The notes under the pieces: generated by a model
What the model saw: only the letters and a program-made list of their open reading frames with translations
What the model was told of the DNA's origin: nothing
Databases searched by the model: none
Shown: one piece after another, positions 30,931-43,082 of the stretch
Layout: the number at the start of each line of letters is the position of its first letter
Position numbering within the stretch: the stretch's first letter is position 1
Assembly (NCBI GenBank): GCA_003279015.1
Contig: QCBV01000002.1
Coordinates: forward strand, 22,774 to 86,773
DNA from: Prochlorococcus sp. AG-347-J19
Lineage (GTDB): Bacteria; Cyanobacteriota; Cyanobacteriia; PCC-6307; Cyanobiaceae
Direction of reading: 5' to 3'
DNA length: 64,000 nt
Translations under genes and position numbers: made by a program

Positions 30931-31854
30931 TTAGCTAATACTATCAACTAATCCATTCTGTATTCCTGCTTTTCTAAGTTTTCTTAAAGCACGTTGAACA
31001 ACTTGTCGGCAATATTCCCTGCTACAACTCATATGTCTTGCAACTTCAGCTAAAGTTCTCCATTCATTTGAGCCGTCTAAACCAAATCTTAAGCTTACTA
31101 TCTTTCTTTCTTTCTCAGTTAAATTCGCTTTATCTAATAACTTCCAAGCCGAGGCTGTCCTTTCGGCTAATTCGGCTAATTCCATTGGGGGAGTTTGATC
31201 ACTTGGAAGAATATCAACTAACTCGGAAGGATCTGATTTTGATTTAACAGTACCTTGGAGACTAACAGTGATGCTTCTCAATTCACAAGAAAGGAGTTCG
31301 TCAATTTCCTCTTTGGTAACTTTCATTTCTTCAGCTAGCTCATTACTAGTAGGTGGAATACCCTTAAGTTGCATAAGCTTTGATTTTGCTGATCTTAGTT
31401 TTGTAAGTTTTTCATTAATGTTAACAGGGATCCTTATCGTTCTACTTTGAGTTGACAATGCTCTATTTAAACCTTGTCTAATCCACCAATAAGCATAGGT
31501 GGAAAATCTATGTCCTCTAGACGGATCATATTTTTCTACGGCCCTTGTAAGACCTAATGTACCCTCCTGAATTAAATCCAGTAATTCTAATCCCTTTCCT
31601 TGGTATCTCTTGGCAAGGTTGACAACTAGTCTTAGATTGGCTGTTATCATCTCGTTTTTAGCTTTTTCACCAATTTTTATCTTTTTTCTCTCAGCTTCGG
31701 AGTATTCACAAGCGGGGCCTTTCCCTCCTGCCTCTTGACATCTATTAACAAGTACCACCATTTCTTGGACTTTTCTGCCCATTGTGAGTTCTCTTTCGGG
31801 AGTCAAAAGTTGATGACGACCTATTTCACCAAGAAAATCGCTTAATGAACTCAC
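30931..31854 (-). CDS. RNA polymerase sigma-70 family factor, group 2-like alternative sigma
   Basis: 307 aa with regions 1.2 to 4.2 (LRLVVNLAKRY, IQEGTLGLTRAVEKYD, STYAYWWIRQG, IRIPVN, region 4.2 SCSREYCRQVVQRALRKLR). No region 1.1. Confidence 0.92.
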   Translation of the reverse strand: MSSLSDFLGEIGRHQLLTPERELTMGRKVQEMVVLVNRCQEAGGKGPACEYSEAERKKIKIGEKAKNEMITANLRLVVNLAKRYQGKGLELLDLIQEGTLGLTRAVEKYDPSRGHRFSTYAYWWIRQGLNRALSTQSRTIRIPVNINEKLTKLRSAKSKLMQLKGIPPTSNELAEEMKVTKEEIDELLSCELRSITVSLQGTVKSKSDPSELVDILPSDQTPPMELAELAERTASAWKLLDKANLTEKERKIVSLRFGLDGSNEWRTLAEVARHMSCSREYCRQVVQRALRKLRKAGIQNGLVDSIS

Positions 31855-31914
31855 GATTTACCTCATTGTTGATATATTTAACTTATAGTCAATTCAGTAA
31901 TAAGCCATACATGT

Positions 31915-31970
31915 AATAATTAATTAATAATTAATTAATAATTATTAATTAGTTATTCATTAATTATTTT
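31915..31970. repeat. Pure A/T tract with 11-bp tandem units (AATAATTAATT x2, then AATAATTATTAATT...) upstream of the sigma gene
   Basis: Read directly. It lies 60-115 bp upstream of the sigma start codon and just downstream of the hisIE stop. Confidence 0.6.
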
Positions 31971-31985
31971 TTAAATTTTAATTAT

Positions 31986-32645
31986 TTAATTTTTTCTTCT
32001 TGATTCTAGAACAGCAAGTACATCTCTCCACTCAACCCCTTTATGCATAAGGGCTACTTGCAGATGATAAATTAAATCAGCAGCTTCATTTGAGATTGAA
32101 TTTTTATCATTATCTTTGCAAGCCATTATAAATTCAGCAGATTCCTCTCCTATTTTTTTCAAAATAGTATTACTACCTTTCGTTAATAAAAGATTTGTGT
32201 AACTTTTTTCTGATGGATTTATTGATCTTTCGTTAATTGTATTGAATAATTCAGAGCAAATATTTGAAAAGGGAGTTGTTTTTTTCTCTTTTTTATCACT
32301 TTGATTAATTTTGATTTCGTTGAAAAAACAACTTTTTTCCCCAGTGTGACATGCTCCTGAACCATTTTGTTCAATCAAAAGTATTAGTGCATCATTATCG
32401 CAGTCGAATCTTATCTCCTTGAGCATTTGGGTACTTCCACTTGTAGCTCCTTTTCTCCAAATTTCGGATCTTGATCTACTCCAATAATGAACGTTTTTGG
32501 TTTCAAGTGTCATTGTCAAAGATTCTTTGTTCATCCAAGCAAGCATAAGAATTGATCCGTCAAGCCAATCTTGTGCTATTGCAGGGATTAATCCATAATT
32601 ATCAAAGCGTAGATCCTCTATCGAAAAATTAGTTGAATAAGTCAT
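31986..32645 (-). CDS. hisIE: Bifunctional phosphoribosyl-AMP cyclohydrolase / phosphoribosyl-ATP pyrophosphatase
   Basis: 219 aa with an N-terminal HisI segment (GLIPAIAQD, CHTGEKSCF) and a C-terminal HisE segment (EAADLIYHL). Confidence 0.94.
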   Translation of the reverse strand: MTYSTNFSIEDLRFDNYGLIPAIAQDWLDGSILMLAWMNKESLTMTLETKNVHYWSRSRSEIWRKGATSGSTQMLKEIRFDCDNDALILLIEQNGSGACHTGEKSCFFNEIKINQSDKKEKKTTPFSNICSELFNTINERSINPSEKSYTNLLLTKGSNTILKKIGEESAEFIMACKDNDKNSISNEAADLIYHLQVALMHKGVEWRDVLAVLESRRKN

Positions 32646-32711
32646 TATGTTCGTTATGTTAAATCCTAATCCTACTCAATGTGGTTTATTAAAAATTATC
32701 CTAACAGTTAA

Positions 32712-33185
32712 TTGATGTATATTCATTCTCTGAAATTTTCATGCAGCAAAAGTTACGAGGATTTTCCCTGTTCACATAGGCAATGGCGCCATGAAGGCCA
32801 CTGCAGATTTGTGCATGGATATTCAAGATCATTCACCTTTTGGTTCACTGCAAAAAAATTAGACCTAAATGGTTTTGTTGTCGATTTCTCAAGTCTAAAG
32901 CCCCTAGAAAATAGACTAAAGGAGCAATTTGACCATACTTTTCTAATAAATAAAGATGACCCTTTGCTGAATTACTGGGAAAAATTACATGACTTAGATG
33001 CTTTAGATCTGAGAATTATGGATAATGTGGGAATGGAGTTCACCTCTGAATTAATTTGGAGATGGGCTAATGAATACTTACAGGATAAAGATAAGGGCAG
33101 AACATGTTGTTGGAAAACAGAATCAAGAGAAAATAAATCGAATAAAGCAAGTTATGAGGAAATTCCTGATTGGTTCAAATCTTAG
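32712..33185 (+). CDS. 6-pyruvoyl-tetrahydropterin synthase / QueD family protein
   Basis: 157 aa with a PTPS-like His/Cys pattern (CSHRQWRHEGHCRFVHGYS). TTG start. Confidence 0.75.
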   Translation: MMYIHSLKFSCSKSYEDFPCSHRQWRHEGHCRFVHGYSRSFTFWFTAKKLDLNGFVVDFSSLKPLENRLKEQFDHTFLINKDDPLLNYWEKLHDLDALDLRIMDNVGMEFTSELIWRWANEYLQDKDKGRTCCWKTESRENKSNKASYEEIPDWFKS

Positions 33186-33233
33186 ATTAAATTTGTTAAT
33201 TTTAAAGTCATATAAGATTCTTTAATTAGATAT

Positions 33234-35816
33234 TTAATCAACATTAATCTCTCCATTAATCAGATAAATATTAATCTCGTCTTTATTAAGATAATGATTA
33301 TTCAGTATATTATTTGAAATTTTTGTCTCAATTTGTTTTTGAATAATTCTTTTTAAAGACCTTGCACCATAGGCATGATCGAAACTATTTTCGACAAGTT
33401 GGTTAATTGCTTCATCTGTAATTTTGAATTTTAAGTTTTTTTTGTTAAGCCTTTTTTCTAAATGTTGAAGCTGGATTTTTGCAATTTTTTTTATGTCATT
33501 TAATTCTAAATTATTAAAAATAACTATTTCATCAAGTCGATTTAAAAACTCAGGCTTGAAAAATTTTTTAATTTCATTATCTACAACTTTTTTAATTTCA
33601 TTTGTATCTTCTTTTCTAACTGATAAATCATTTATTGATTGACTTCCTAAATTACTTGTGAGAACAATGATTGAATTTTTGAAATTGATTGTACGACCTT
33701 GACCATCAGTAATGATTCCATCATCAAGAACCTGTAAGAGAATATCTAAAATATCTTTGTGAGCTTTCTCTATTTCATCTAGGAGTATTAATGAATAAGG
33801 ATTTTTGCGTACAGCTTCAGTTAGTTGGCCGCCTGATTCGAAACCTAAATATCCAGGAGGCGCACCTATAATTTTGCTCACTGAATGCTTTTCCATATAT
33901 TCAGACATATCCAGTCTTGTAATTGAAGAATTAGAATCGAATATTATTTTGGCTGTTACTTTACTTAGCTCTGTTTTTCCAACACCAGTTGGACCTAAAA
34001 AGAGAAAACTCGCTAATGGCTTGCTTGGATCATTTAGACCAGTCCTTGATCTCTTAATGGAATCTGCAACTGCCCTAATTGCAGTATCTTGACCAATAAT
34101 TTTTTCTTTAAGGATTGACTCGAGGCTCAAGAGTTTATCTTTTTCTGACTGGTTTAAGTTCTGTACTGGAATAGAGGTCCATTTTGAGACAACTTCTGCA
34201 ATATCATCAAAAGTCACCTCTTGTCTTAAAAGACTTGGATCTCCATTTTTTTGAGAATTTATTAGGGACTCACTTTTTTCTTTCAATTTTTTTTGCAAAG
34301 AATTTAAAGTTCCAAATTCTAATTCTGCTGCTTTGTTGAGGTCGAAACTCCTTTTGGCTTGATCTATTTGCAATTGAACAGATTCAATTTCTTCTTTTAT
34401 GGTGCTAATCTCATCAATTTCATCTTTTTCTTTTTTCCATTGAGCGCCTAATTCTGCCTGTTTATCTTTTAGGGATATAAGTTCATCATTGATTTTTTTT
34501 AATCTTTCTACAGAAAAATCATCCGTTTCTCTTTTTAAAGAGAATTTTTCCATCTCAAACTGTAGAACTTTTCGATCAATTTCATCAATTTCTTCAGGCT
34601 TGGAAGTTATGACCATATTTAATCTTGAGGCTGCTTCATCTATTAGATCTATTGCTTTGTCAGGAAGAAATCTATCGTTAATATATCTTTCGCTAAGGGT
34701 TGCAGCAGCAACTAAAGCATTATCAGAAATTCTCACACTATGATGAACTTCGTATCTTTCTCTCAATCCTCTTAAAATTGATACAGTATCATCTATTGAA
34801 GGAGCATCAACTTTTATCTTTTGAAATCTTCGTTCTAAAGCAGGATCTTTTTCTATATTTTGTTTATGTTCATTAATAGTTGTAGCACCAATACATCTAA
34901 GTTCTCCTCTCGCAAGCATTGGTTTTAATAGGTTGCTTGCATCTAAAGAACCTCCACTAGCGCCTGCACCAACTACAGTATGAATTTCATCAATAAAAAG
35001 AATAATCTTACCGTCTGATTCTTTCACTTTCTTTAGAATATTTTTTATTCTTTCTTCAAATTCTCCACGATATTTTGCTCCAGCTAAAAGTGAACCCATA
35101 TCTAATGAAATTAGTTTCCTATCTTGTAGCGCAGAAGGTACATCGCCATTAATAATTCTTTGGGCTAACCCTTCTACAATGGCTGTTTTCCCAACCCCAG
35201 GTTCTCCAATAAGAACTGGATTATTTTTTGTTCTTCTACTCAATATTTGAATTGTTCTTCTAATCTCTTCATCCCTACCAATAACAGGGTCTAAAATTCC
35301 ATCTCGTGCAGATTGAGTTAGATCAATACCATATTTTTCCAAAGACTCATTAGAACTATTAAATTCATTTTTTACTGCCGGATCTGACTTCATTTTCTTT
35401 ATAATTTCAAGAAATTCTGGAATACCTTTTTGGTTTAAAATTTGAAATCCATATTTATCATCATAAGTGAAACCGTAAACTAAGTGTTCTGTTGATATCA
35501 CTACATCATTTAAAGTATTTTTAATATCATTCGCCTTCAAAAATATTTTTTGAAGAGTATCACTAATATATAAATTATCTTGTTTATTTTTCATTTTTGC
35601 CTTCGCATTTAATGAAGAAATTATTTCCCCCTCAAGATCTTTTAGATTTACATTATTTTTTTTTAAAATCTTTTTTGTAATATAGTTATCTTTTATGAGA
35701 GCTAATAATAAATTATCAGAGTCTACATTTTGTTGATAATTTTTATAAGCAATTTCTTTGGCAAAAATAAAACAGTTCCAAGCAGAATTTGAAAATTCGC
35801 TTGGAACTATTTTCAT
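33234..35816 (-). CDS. clpB: ClpB-type AAA+ disaggregase chaperone
   Basis: 860 aa with two AAA+ modules ([17 protein letters not shown] and [20 protein letters not shown]) and a coiled-coil middle domain. Confidence 0.95.
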   Translation of the reverse strand: MKIVPSEFSNSAWNCFIFAKEIAYKNYQQNVDSDNLLLALIKDNYITKKILKKNNVNLKDLEGEIISSLNAKAKMKNKQDNLYISDTLQKIFLKANDIKNTLNDVVISTEHLVYGFTYDDKYGFQILNQKGIPEFLEIIKKMKSDPAVKNEFNSSNESLEKYGIDLTQSARDGILDPVIGRDEEIRRTIQILSRRTKNNPVLIGEPGVGKTAIVEGLAQRIINGDVPSALQDRKLISLDMGSLLAGAKYRGEFEERIKNILKKVKESDGKIILFIDEIHTVVGAGASGGSLDASNLLKPMLARGELRCIGATTINEHKQNIEKDPALERRFQKIKVDAPSIDDTVSILRGLRERYEVHHSVRISDNALVAAATLSERYINDRFLPDKAIDLIDEAASRLNMVITSKPEEIDEIDRKVLQFEMEKFSLKRETDDFSVERLKKINDELISLKDKQAELGAQWKKEKDEIDEISTIKEEIESVQLQIDQAKRSFDLNKAAELEFGTLNSLQKKLKEKSESLINSQKNGDPSLLRQEVTFDDIAEVVSKWTSIPVQNLNQSEKDKLLSLESILKEKIIGQDTAIRAVADSIKRSRTGLNDPSKPLASFLFLGPTGVGKTELSKVTAKIIFDSNSSITRLDMSEYMEKHSVSKIIGAPPGYLGFESGGQLTEAVRKNPYSLILLDEIEKAHKDILDILLQVLDDGIITDGQGRTINFKNSIIVLTSNLGSQSINDLSVRKEDTNEIKKVVDNEIKKFFKPEFLNRLDEIVIFNNLELNDIKKIAKIQLQHLEKRLNKKNLKFKITDEAINQLVENSFDHAYGARSLKRIIQKQIETKISNNILNNHYLNKDEINIYLINGEINVD

Positions 35817-35883
35817 TAATCAAAATTTGGGTATGACCGTGATAAATATTAAATCAAAAAGGGTTTTAAACTATTTAGAAGAT

Positions 35884-36234
35884 TTATTCAACAACAACTT
35901 TACCTACCATTCCAGCTCCTCTGTGTGGCTCGCAATAGTAATCATAAGTTCCAGCAGTATCAAATGTTTCTTCCCAAGACTCTCCTGGAGCAAAAGCTAG
36001 ATCAGCATGACTTAATTCCTCATGCCCATCAAAAACAGCATTGTGAGGGGCAAGTTTATTATTGACGAATTTAACTGTATCACCAGCACTAATGGTTACT
36101 GTACTTGGTTCAAATGCAAGCATACCAGCATCTGTTCCAAGTTTTACTTCAACAGTCTTAGCTGAAACTGATGAAATACCTAGACCTAGAGTTAAAACTA
36201 TTGCAAATAACCCTGCAAAGATTGAACGTAACAT
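35884..36234 (-). CDS. petE: Plastocyanin precursor
   Basis: 116 aa with a signal peptide and the copper ligands in [17 protein letters not shown]. Confidence 0.96.
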   Translation of the reverse strand: MLRSIFAGLFAIVLTLGLGISSVSAKTVEVKLGTDAGMLAFEPSTVTISAGDTVKFVNNKLAPHNAVFDGHEELSHADLAFAPGESWEETFDTAGTYDYYCEPHRGAGMVGKVVVE

Positions 36235-36293
36235 AATAAAAATTTGCTTATTTATATATATTACAAGGCTTTGGTAACCTAACTGCGAGAATT

Positions 36294-37277
36294 TTAATTG
36301 TTATTACAGCTTGGTAACTTTGATAACCTTAAAATATCATTCAGTGACTTGGCATAACTTTTAAGTTTAAAAGTCTCAGGATTAGTGATGGGGACATGAT
36401 TAAAGTCATATTTTTTGATACTGAAGCTATCCCAAGGAGTAGTTTGGATGGGGAGAATTCTTAATAATATTTTTAGAATTTTTTTTGTAAGCGGTATCGC
36501 AAAAAATCTCCTCATATTATGTTTCTTTAAAAGTGTAATTATGGCATCATCAATTGAAATGAATTTTTGACCTAGCACAAATTTTCTAAAGCCTTGGTAT
36601 TGCTCTTCTTTATGATTTTTAATTAGAAATCCGCAAATCTGGGCGATATCATTTGCGTGTATAAAGTGAAATTTAGAATCGAGTTTTAAAAATCTTGCTA
36701 ACCAAAGCCATTTCCTAATTTCTTTCAATCCACTAGTTAAATAACTCACAGGATATTTACTTTTTTTTCCAAGATTACCTCCAAAAACCAAAGTAGGGAA
36801 AACAGCAAATGTTTTTTCTGCAAATGAGCTTTCTCTAAGTCTCTGGAAACATTCATATTTCGTTTGAATGTACTCTGTTCCATAAATTAATGATTCCCTC
36901 ATTAATTCTGTTTGGGTATCAAGAATACTAGCTGTTGAAAAATAAATAATCTTTTCTAACTTTTCAATATCAAGCATTTCTAGTAATTCTTCAAAAGCTT
37001 TAATATTTACTTCATAGGCTCTTTTGGGATCCCCCCAAGCTGTAGCAGTATGTATTAGGTAATTAATTTGACTAATTTCCTTTTTATACCTATTTGATTC
37101 CCTGATATCGCACACCATTAACTTGACTTTAATATTTTCTTGAACAGAAATTGGTAACTTACTTTTGTCTCTTACCATGAGATAAAGCCTGAATTTTGTG
37201 TTTTTCAAAAACCAATCAACTAAATATTGGCCAACACATCCATTAGCGCCTGTTATTAATAAGTTTTTATATCCCAA
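36294..37277 (-). CDS. NAD-dependent epimerase/dehydratase family protein
   Basis: 327 aa with the N-terminal Rossmann motif [13 protein letters not shown]. Confidence 0.8.
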   Translation of the reverse strand: MGYKNLLITGANGCVGQYLVDWFLKNTKFRLYLMVRDKSKLPISVQENIKVKLMVCDIRESNRYKKEISQINYLIHTATAWGDPKRAYEVNIKAFEELLEMLDIEKLEKIIYFSTASILDTQTELMRESLIYGTEYIQTKYECFQRLRESSFAEKTFAVFPTLVFGGNLGKKSKYPVSYLTSGLKEIRKWLWLARFLKLDSKFHFIHANDIAQICGFLIKNHKEEQYQGFRKFVLGQKFISIDDAIITLLKKHNMRRFFAIPLTKKILKILLRILPIQTTPWDSFSIKKYDFNHVPITNPETFKLKSYAKSLNDILRLSKLPSCNNN

Positions 37278-37285
37278 GACTTTGA

Positions 37286-38326
37286 CTAGTAAGTGAGTTT
37301 TTTCCCATGTTCAAAAAATGTTTGAGCATTTTCTTCTGGAGTCCCAGGTAAAATCCCATGACCCAAATTAAGAATATATTTCCTGTCTTTAATTTTATTG
37401 AAAGTATTATCTATCCTTTCTTTTATTGATTCTTTGTTTCCGAATAAAATGCCAGGGTCAACATTACCTTGAATTCCAATCCCCTTGGGGATTCTTTTAC
37501 AAGCCTCTTCAATATCTACTGTCCAGTCTAATGAGATTATATCTACTCCAGTTTTTGCCATTCTTTCTATGACTCCAGCACTTCCTGAAATGTAAAGAAT
37601 TATCGGTGTTTCAGGGTATTCCGATTTTACAATTTCAATAACTTTTTTTTGATACGGCCCAGCAAAGATATCGTAATCTTGTGGACTTAGTTGGCCTGCC
37701 CATGAATCAAAAATTTGTACTACTTGGGCTCCAGATTTTATTTGATATTTAAGATATTCACCAATTGATTTTGCAAAATGATCAAGAAGTTTATGAAGTA
37801 AATCTGGTTCATTAAAAGCCATTGATTTTATTAAAGAATAATTTTTACTGCTTTTACCTTCAACTACATATGCAGCAAGAGTCCAAGGAGCGCCAACAAA
37901 ACCTAAAACTGTTGCCTCATTATTCACATCTTTTTTTAGTGAAGTAAGAACTTGTCCAACAAAACCTAAACTCTCACTTGGATTTAATTCTTTTAAATTT
38001 TCTACCTGGTTAAGGGTTCTTATTGGGTCCTCAATAATTGGACCTTTGCTTTCTATTATTTCAAAATTTATTCCCATCCCTGGAAGAGGTGTGAGAATAT
38101 CTGAAAAAAGGATCACACCATCCGGTTTGAAAGCATGAAAAGGTTGCATTGAAATCTCGTATGATAGTTCTGGATTCTCAGACCTCTCTCTAAAGCTTGG
38201 ATAACGCTCCCTTAAATCTCTATAGATTTTCATATATCTTCCTGCTTGCCTCATCATCCATACTGGAGGCCTAGTTACTTTTTTACCTAGTGCGGCAGAG
38301 AGTAGTAGTGGTAAATCTTGACCCAT
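37286..38326 (-). CDS. hemE: Uroporphyrinogen decarboxylase
   Basis: 346 aa with [13 protein letters not shown] and the rest of the HemE pattern. Confidence 0.96.
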   Translation of the reverse strand: MGQDLPLLLSAALGKKVTRPPVWMMRQAGRYMKIYRDLRERYPSFRERSENPELSYEISMQPFHAFKPDGVILFSDILTPLPGMGINFEIIESKGPIIEDPIRTLNQVENLKELNPSESLGFVGQVLTSLKKDVNNEATVLGFVGAPWTLAAYVVEGKSSKNYSLIKSMAFNEPDLLHKLLDHFAKSIGEYLKYQIKSGAQVVQIFDSWAGQLSPQDYDIFAGPYQKKVIEIVKSEYPETPIILYISGSAGVIERMAKTGVDIISLDWTVDIEEACKRIPKGIGIQGNVDPGILFGNKESIKERIDNTFNKIKDRKYILNLGHGILPGTPEENAQTFFEHGKKLTY

Positions 38327-38442
38327 TTTTCAATTCGATATTTTTAAAAAAATTAAAATCCAACTTAAAAATCTTACAATGTAAAGCAGAGCAAAAGCGT
38401 TATATGAACATTTATATGAAGCACTAAGTTAAATGAGCCTTC

Positions 38443-40707
38443 TTATTTTTTTGATTGATGTTTGAAGATACTCACGCTTAAAGGGGGCAAAGCAAGTTCT
38501 AGAGCATTTTGATAATCATGAATATTGTAATTTAGAGTTTCTTTACCACCCATATTTCCTTTGTTACTGCCCCCGTATCTAGAGCTATCTGAATTAAATA
38601 TTTCTTTATAGAATCCTTTCACAGGAACACCTACTTTGTAAGACCCATGAGTATTAGGTGTAAAGTTAGCAACAACAACAAGCCACTCATTGGTATCGTT
38701 TTCTCTTCTCATGAAACTTATAACCGAATTAGATTTGTCATTACAATCAATCCATTGGAATCCATAAGGATCAAAGTCATTTTTCCATAATGCAGGTTCA
38801 TTTTTATAAAGAACGTTTAGGTCATCAATCAAGTTCCTAATGCCTTTATGAGGCTCAAATTCTAGTAACTCCCATTGCAGATCATCCCAAACATTCCATT
38901 CTTGTCTTTGCCCAAATTCCATTCCCATGAATATCGTTTTTTTACCAGGGTGGGTCCACATATAAGTTAGTAATGCTCGAGTATTTGCATATTTTTTCCA
39001 GTCATCGCCAGGCATTTTATGTAAAAGATGACTTTTCCCATGAACAACCTCATCATGACTAAGTGCAAGCATAAAGTTTTCCGTATAGTTATATGTAATT
39101 GAGAAAGTTACACTATTTTGATGGAATTGCCTAAACCAAGGATCTATTTCAAAATAATCAAGCATATCGTGCATCCATCCCATATTCCATTTCAAGTTAA
39201 ACCCTAGCCCTCCCATGTCAGTTGGTTTGGTTACCATTGGCCAAGTTGTTGATTCTTCTGCAATAGAAAGTGCACCTGGGAAGTGTTGGAAGAGTACATG
39301 ATTAGCCTGTTGAAGAAATTTGACGGCTTCTATATTTTCATTCCCACCATTTTCATTGGGTATCCATTCTCCATCTGGACGTAGATAATCTCTGTAAAGC
39401 ATTGAAGCTACAGCATCTACTCTAATGCCATCAATATGAAACTCTTCAAACCAATAAACGAGGTTGGCTACTAAGAAATTTCTTACTTCGTTTCGGCTGT
39501 AATTAAATATTAAGGTTCCCCATTCTTTGTGTTCACCTATTCGTGAATCTCCATGTTCATAAAGATGGCAACCATCAAAGAATGCTAAACCATGCTTATC
39601 TTTTGGAAAATGACCAGGCACCCAATCAAGAATTACGCCTATACCCTCTTCATGACAATTATTTACAAACTCTCTAAATTCATTTGGGGTGCCAAATCTA
39701 CTTGTTGGTGCATACCAGCCTGTAACTTGGTATCCCCATGAACCATCGAAAGGATGTTCAGATATTGGCATTAGTTCAATATGAGTGAATCCTCTCTCTT
39801 TTACGTAAGGGATGAGTTTCTTGGTTAATTCTGGATAAGTTAAAAATCTGGTTCCAGGTTTTAAATCGGCTGCAGGCACTGGGTCTCTTGGTTCACCATT
39901 TTCCTCCAGATATTTATTATCTGTTGATTCATGGAGCCAACTTCCTAAATGCATCTCATAAACTGAAATTGGCTTGTTAATTTGACTAGAAGAATCTCTA
40001 TTTGAAATCCAAGAACTATCATTCCAATTAAAGTTTTTCAATTTTGAAACTATTGAACCATTTTGAGGTCTGATTTCATGAAGGAAACCATATGGATCAG
40101 CTTTCTCATAAATATGACCTTGTTGTGTTCTTATTTCGTATTTATATGTGTCGCCCTCTTGCATTGTTGGCATGAATAGTTCCCAAATCCCCCCTAATCT
40201 TTTTTGCATTGGATGATGTCTTCCATCCCATGAATTTATATCTCCAATTATCGAGATTGATTTTGCATTTGGAGCCCAAATACAAAACATGACTCCTCTT
40301 TGGTTCTTTTCTTCAATGAGATGTGCTCCCATTTTTTTCCAAATATGATGATGATTACCTTCTGCAAAAAGATGTCTATCAACTTCTCCCATCCACTCTT
40401 CTCTATATGACCAAGGGTCATGTTGTGTATGTGTGACCCCTCCGCGTGAAATATTTATTTCGTAATTATAGTTTGGATTTTCAGGCAGGATAGCTTCAAA
40501 AAGCCATTTATGATTAATACTTTCTGCCTTATAGGTATTGTTCTTAAAATTTATTTTAACTTCGTCGGCTTCAGGCATCCATACCCTAATTACCCATTGT
40601 TCTTTAAAAAAATGAGGACCTAATATTTTTAATGGATTATCATTGCAACAATTTTCTAGGTTGATGGCTTCTGATTTAATCCAGTCTGCTTGAATTGTCT
40701 CGATCAT
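38443..40707 (-). CDS. glgB: 1,4-alpha-glucan branching enzyme
   Basis: 754 aa from GH13 ([36 protein letters not shown]). Confidence 0.96.
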   Translation of the reverse strand: MIETIQADWIKSEAINLENCCNDNPLKILGPHFFKEQWVIRVWMPEADEVKINFKNNTYKAESINHKWLFEAILPENPNYNYEINISRGGVTHTQHDPWSYREEWMGEVDRHLFAEGNHHHIWKKMGAHLIEEKNQRGVMFCIWAPNAKSISIIGDINSWDGRHHPMQKRLGGIWELFMPTMQEGDTYKYEIRTQQGHIYEKADPYGFLHEIRPQNGSIVSKLKNFNWNDSSWISNRDSSSQINKPISVYEMHLGSWLHESTDNKYLEENGEPRDPVPAADLKPGTRFLTYPELTKKLIPYVKERGFTHIELMPISEHPFDGSWGYQVTGWYAPTSRFGTPNEFREFVNNCHEEGIGVILDWVPGHFPKDKHGLAFFDGCHLYEHGDSRIGEHKEWGTLIFNYSRNEVRNFLVANLVYWFEEFHIDGIRVDAVASMLYRDYLRPDGEWIPNENGGNENIEAVKFLQQANHVLFQHFPGALSIAEESTTWPMVTKPTDMGGLGFNLKWNMGWMHDMLDYFEIDPWFRQFHQNSVTFSITYNYTENFMLALSHDEVVHGKSHLLHKMPGDDWKKYANTRALLTYMWTHPGKKTIFMGMEFGQRQEWNVWDDLQWELLEFEPHKGIRNLIDDLNVLYKNEPALWKNDFDPYGFQWIDCNDKSNSVISFMRRENDTNEWLVVVANFTPNTHGSYKVGVPVKGFYKEIFNSDSSRYGGSNKGNMGGKETLNYNIHDYQNALELALPPLSVSIFKHQSKK

Positions 40708-40757
40708 GACTGGTAGATATTAAGGATTAATAATATCAAATGATTACCCAAAAAAAA

Positions 40758-42338
40758 TTATTTATAAAAAAAAGGGGTCATTTTCATAAATGTTTTATTA
40801 AGGCTAAAACTGAGAGTAATAACTCTATGAATTGCTGAAGGCGCTCCAACATTTCCCTCCCCAAAGCCAGGATTAACTCCAATGGAAGGATAAGCTGATG
40901 CAGATATAGATAAGCGAAGCTTGCTATTTTTAATTAAACAAATGTTTGTTGGCTGCATTGTTATTTGATAAATGCATTCTTTACTTGTATTGGAGTTTTT
41001 AACCCTTAGGAATCCAGTTGAAAATTGATTCACCTTTTCATTCCCTTCCTCAACTAGAGATAAAGCAAGGCAGATATCGAAATTGGGCTGATCACTTTTT
41101 ACTTGGATTTCTAATGTGGGAACTCCTCTTAAATATTGATCTTCTTCAAAAGAATTGGTTTGAAAAACACCTACATCTAGGCGTTTATCAATAATATTTC
41201 TATTAAACTTTCCTGGATTTGGACCTAAATGACCACCGTCAGATGGAGTAGGTCTCCATGGGTCATTAACAATTGTGAACCATCCTGATCCTTTTGAATT
41301 TATGGTCAGACTTCCATCTTCAACCTCCATATTTGCTGCGCCATCGCTTTTGAGCCCAAAAATAAATTCAGGGAAAAATTTATTATCTAATTCTTCCCAC
41401 TTATTTAATGAAATATTCCATATTTTTTTCTCGTCTTTAAAATTCTTAGGATTAAATTTTTCATCTGATTTTAAATGTTTATCAAAAAATTTTAATAAAG
41501 ATTCTTGTGATCCCTCCCACCAATTTAGATGTGTCGCGTTCCCAATAATAATCTCCGGGCTTCCACCAGCTTCTTTAGATTTTTTATAAAGATCAAAGGC
41601 ACCTTTTAAATGTGGATCCCAAAGACCTCCAATAATTAACATAGGTTGTTTGATCCATGTTGAAATTGGTTTAAACTCTTCAAATGGGAGAGTATTATTT
41701 AAATTTTTAAGCCATTTCAAAACAAAGCTATTAGGATCATATTTTTTTAAAGTATCAATTCCATCCCTTAAATAACTTTTATTTTCTAAGGCTGATCTTA
41801 TCTTTTCCCACTCAAGCAATTTTTTTTCTCTTTTCATTTTTAGTGCAGCGATTTGAAGTCCCCATGCAATATTGTTATGCCACCAATATGCTCCTCCATC
41901 TGAACACCAATGATCCTTAATATTCATACCAGTCATTGCTGGAGATAAACAATCGGGCGGCTTTGAATTTGATTCGCCGGTTAGTTGAGTAAATCCTTGA
42001 TATGAAAAACCATATAAGCCAAGTTTCCCATTACATTCTTTTAGAGACCTTACCCATTCATGAGTTTCTGAAGTATCCCTAGCTTCTTGAGAAAAACCAT
42101 TAAAAACTCCTTCAGAAGAACCCATACCTCTAACATCTTGAATGATTACCATATACCCTTTGGAAGCCCACCATTCTGGGTGAGAATAGGTAATAGTTGA
42201 AGCTATTTCCCTGCCATATGGTTGTCTCATCAATAATGCAGGCCATGGCCCATTACTATCAGGTAACCAAATCCTAGATATAAGTCTTACTCCATCTCTA
42301 AGTACTAGAGACTCGTCAAACCATCTTGAACCAGACAT
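40758..42338 (-). CDS. CocE/NonD family hydrolase (X-Pro dipeptidyl-peptidase S15-like)
   Basis: 526 aa in the alpha/beta hydrolase fold, with nucleophile elbow GFSYQG and a C-terminal jelly-roll-like domain. Confidence 0.8.
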   Translation of the reverse strand: MSGSRWFDESLVLRDGVRLISRIWLPDSNGPWPALLMRQPYGREIASTITYSHPEWWASKGYMVIIQDVRGMGSSEGVFNGFSQEARDTSETHEWVRSLKECNGKLGLYGFSYQGFTQLTGESNSKPPDCLSPAMTGMNIKDHWCSDGGAYWWHNNIAWGLQIAALKMKREKKLLEWEKIRSALENKSYLRDGIDTLKKYDPNSFVLKWLKNLNNTLPFEEFKPISTWIKQPMLIIGGLWDPHLKGAFDLYKKSKEAGGSPEIIIGNATHLNWWEGSQESLLKFFDKHLKSDEKFNPKNFKDEKKIWNISLNKWEELDNKFFPEFIFGLKSDGAANMEVEDGSLTINSKGSGWFTIVNDPWRPTPSDGGHLGPNPGKFNRNIIDKRLDVGVFQTNSFEEDQYLRGVPTLEIQVKSDQPNFDICLALSLVEEGNEKVNQFSTGFLRVKNSNTSKECIYQITMQPTNICLIKNSKLRLSISASAYPSIGVNPGFGEGNVGAPSAIHRVITLSFSLNKTFMKMTPFFYK

Positions 42339-42345
42339 TTAGGCT

Positions 42346-42618
42346 TTAGATAATATCTGGGCAGTGCAGCCCAATTACGTAAATAGAAAAGATCTCTGCG
42401 TTAACGGGAGTTAACTTTTTTTTGTTTGATACATACTCTATAGCTTTATCTGAACTAGCTGAAATACCATTTGAATTAAACTCTCTAAACTTATTACATA
42501 AAGCCCTAGCTTCGTTTGGATATTTTTTTACACTTTCTAATAAGTTAGATTGACTAAAAACAGGGTATAAAGAGTTGGAAAACAAAAATATCAAAAATAA
42601 TAAAGGTTTCATTATCAC
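42346..42618 (-). CDS. Small secreted hypothetical protein
   Basis: 90 aa with an N-terminal signal peptide (MIMKPLLFLIFLFSNSLYPVFSQ) and two Cys. Confidence 0.5.
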   Translation of the reverse strand: MIMKPLLFLIFLFSNSLYPVFSQSNLLESVKKYPNEARALCNKFREFNSNGISASSDKAIEYVSNKKKLTPVNAEIFSIYVIGLHCPDII

Positions 42619-42663
42619 TAACTTTTTCTAAATTCTACATTAAAAATTTTTTTTAACCAAGAT

Positions 42664-43071
42664 TTAAATAGAATTTTCGATTTGACTAGCTTTTTTAATC
42701 CATTCTTTTAAAAGAGTAAAAGTTCTATCTGTCTCAGTTTTTACTCTAAGAGCTCTTTCTAATCTACTAATTTTGAATTCTAATTCGTAAGGAGTAGATA
42801 GTGATAATGATTTAATAGAAGATATACCGCAATGTAAAAGTAGATATGCTTGTGGTGGTGAAATTCCAATTTCTTTTTTAAAAATAGCTATAGCTCTAAT
42901 TTTCTTTAGATTATTCAAGGTACATAGTGAAGACTTTCTTTGAATCTTATTAATATCTAGGTCCGAAAGATTACTTAATTTTTCAAAGTCAGTTAGATTG
43001 TTTTGAATAAAAAAAGATTTCTCATGTCTAAAATTAGATGGCAAAAAATCTAAAAAAGTTTTGCTTTCCAT
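42664..43071 (-). CDS. Conserved hypothetical protein
   Basis: 135-aa ORF. I cannot assign a family with confidence (possibly helix-hairpin-helix-like). Confidence 0.5.
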   Translation of the reverse strand: MESKTFLDFLPSNFRHEKSFFIQNNLTDFEKLSNLSDLDINKIQRKSSLCTLNNLKKIRAIAIFKKEIGISPPQAYLLLHCGISSIKSLSLSTPYELEFKISRLERALRVKTETDRTFTLLKEWIKKASQIENSI

Positions 43072-43082
43072 TGTTTAACAAA

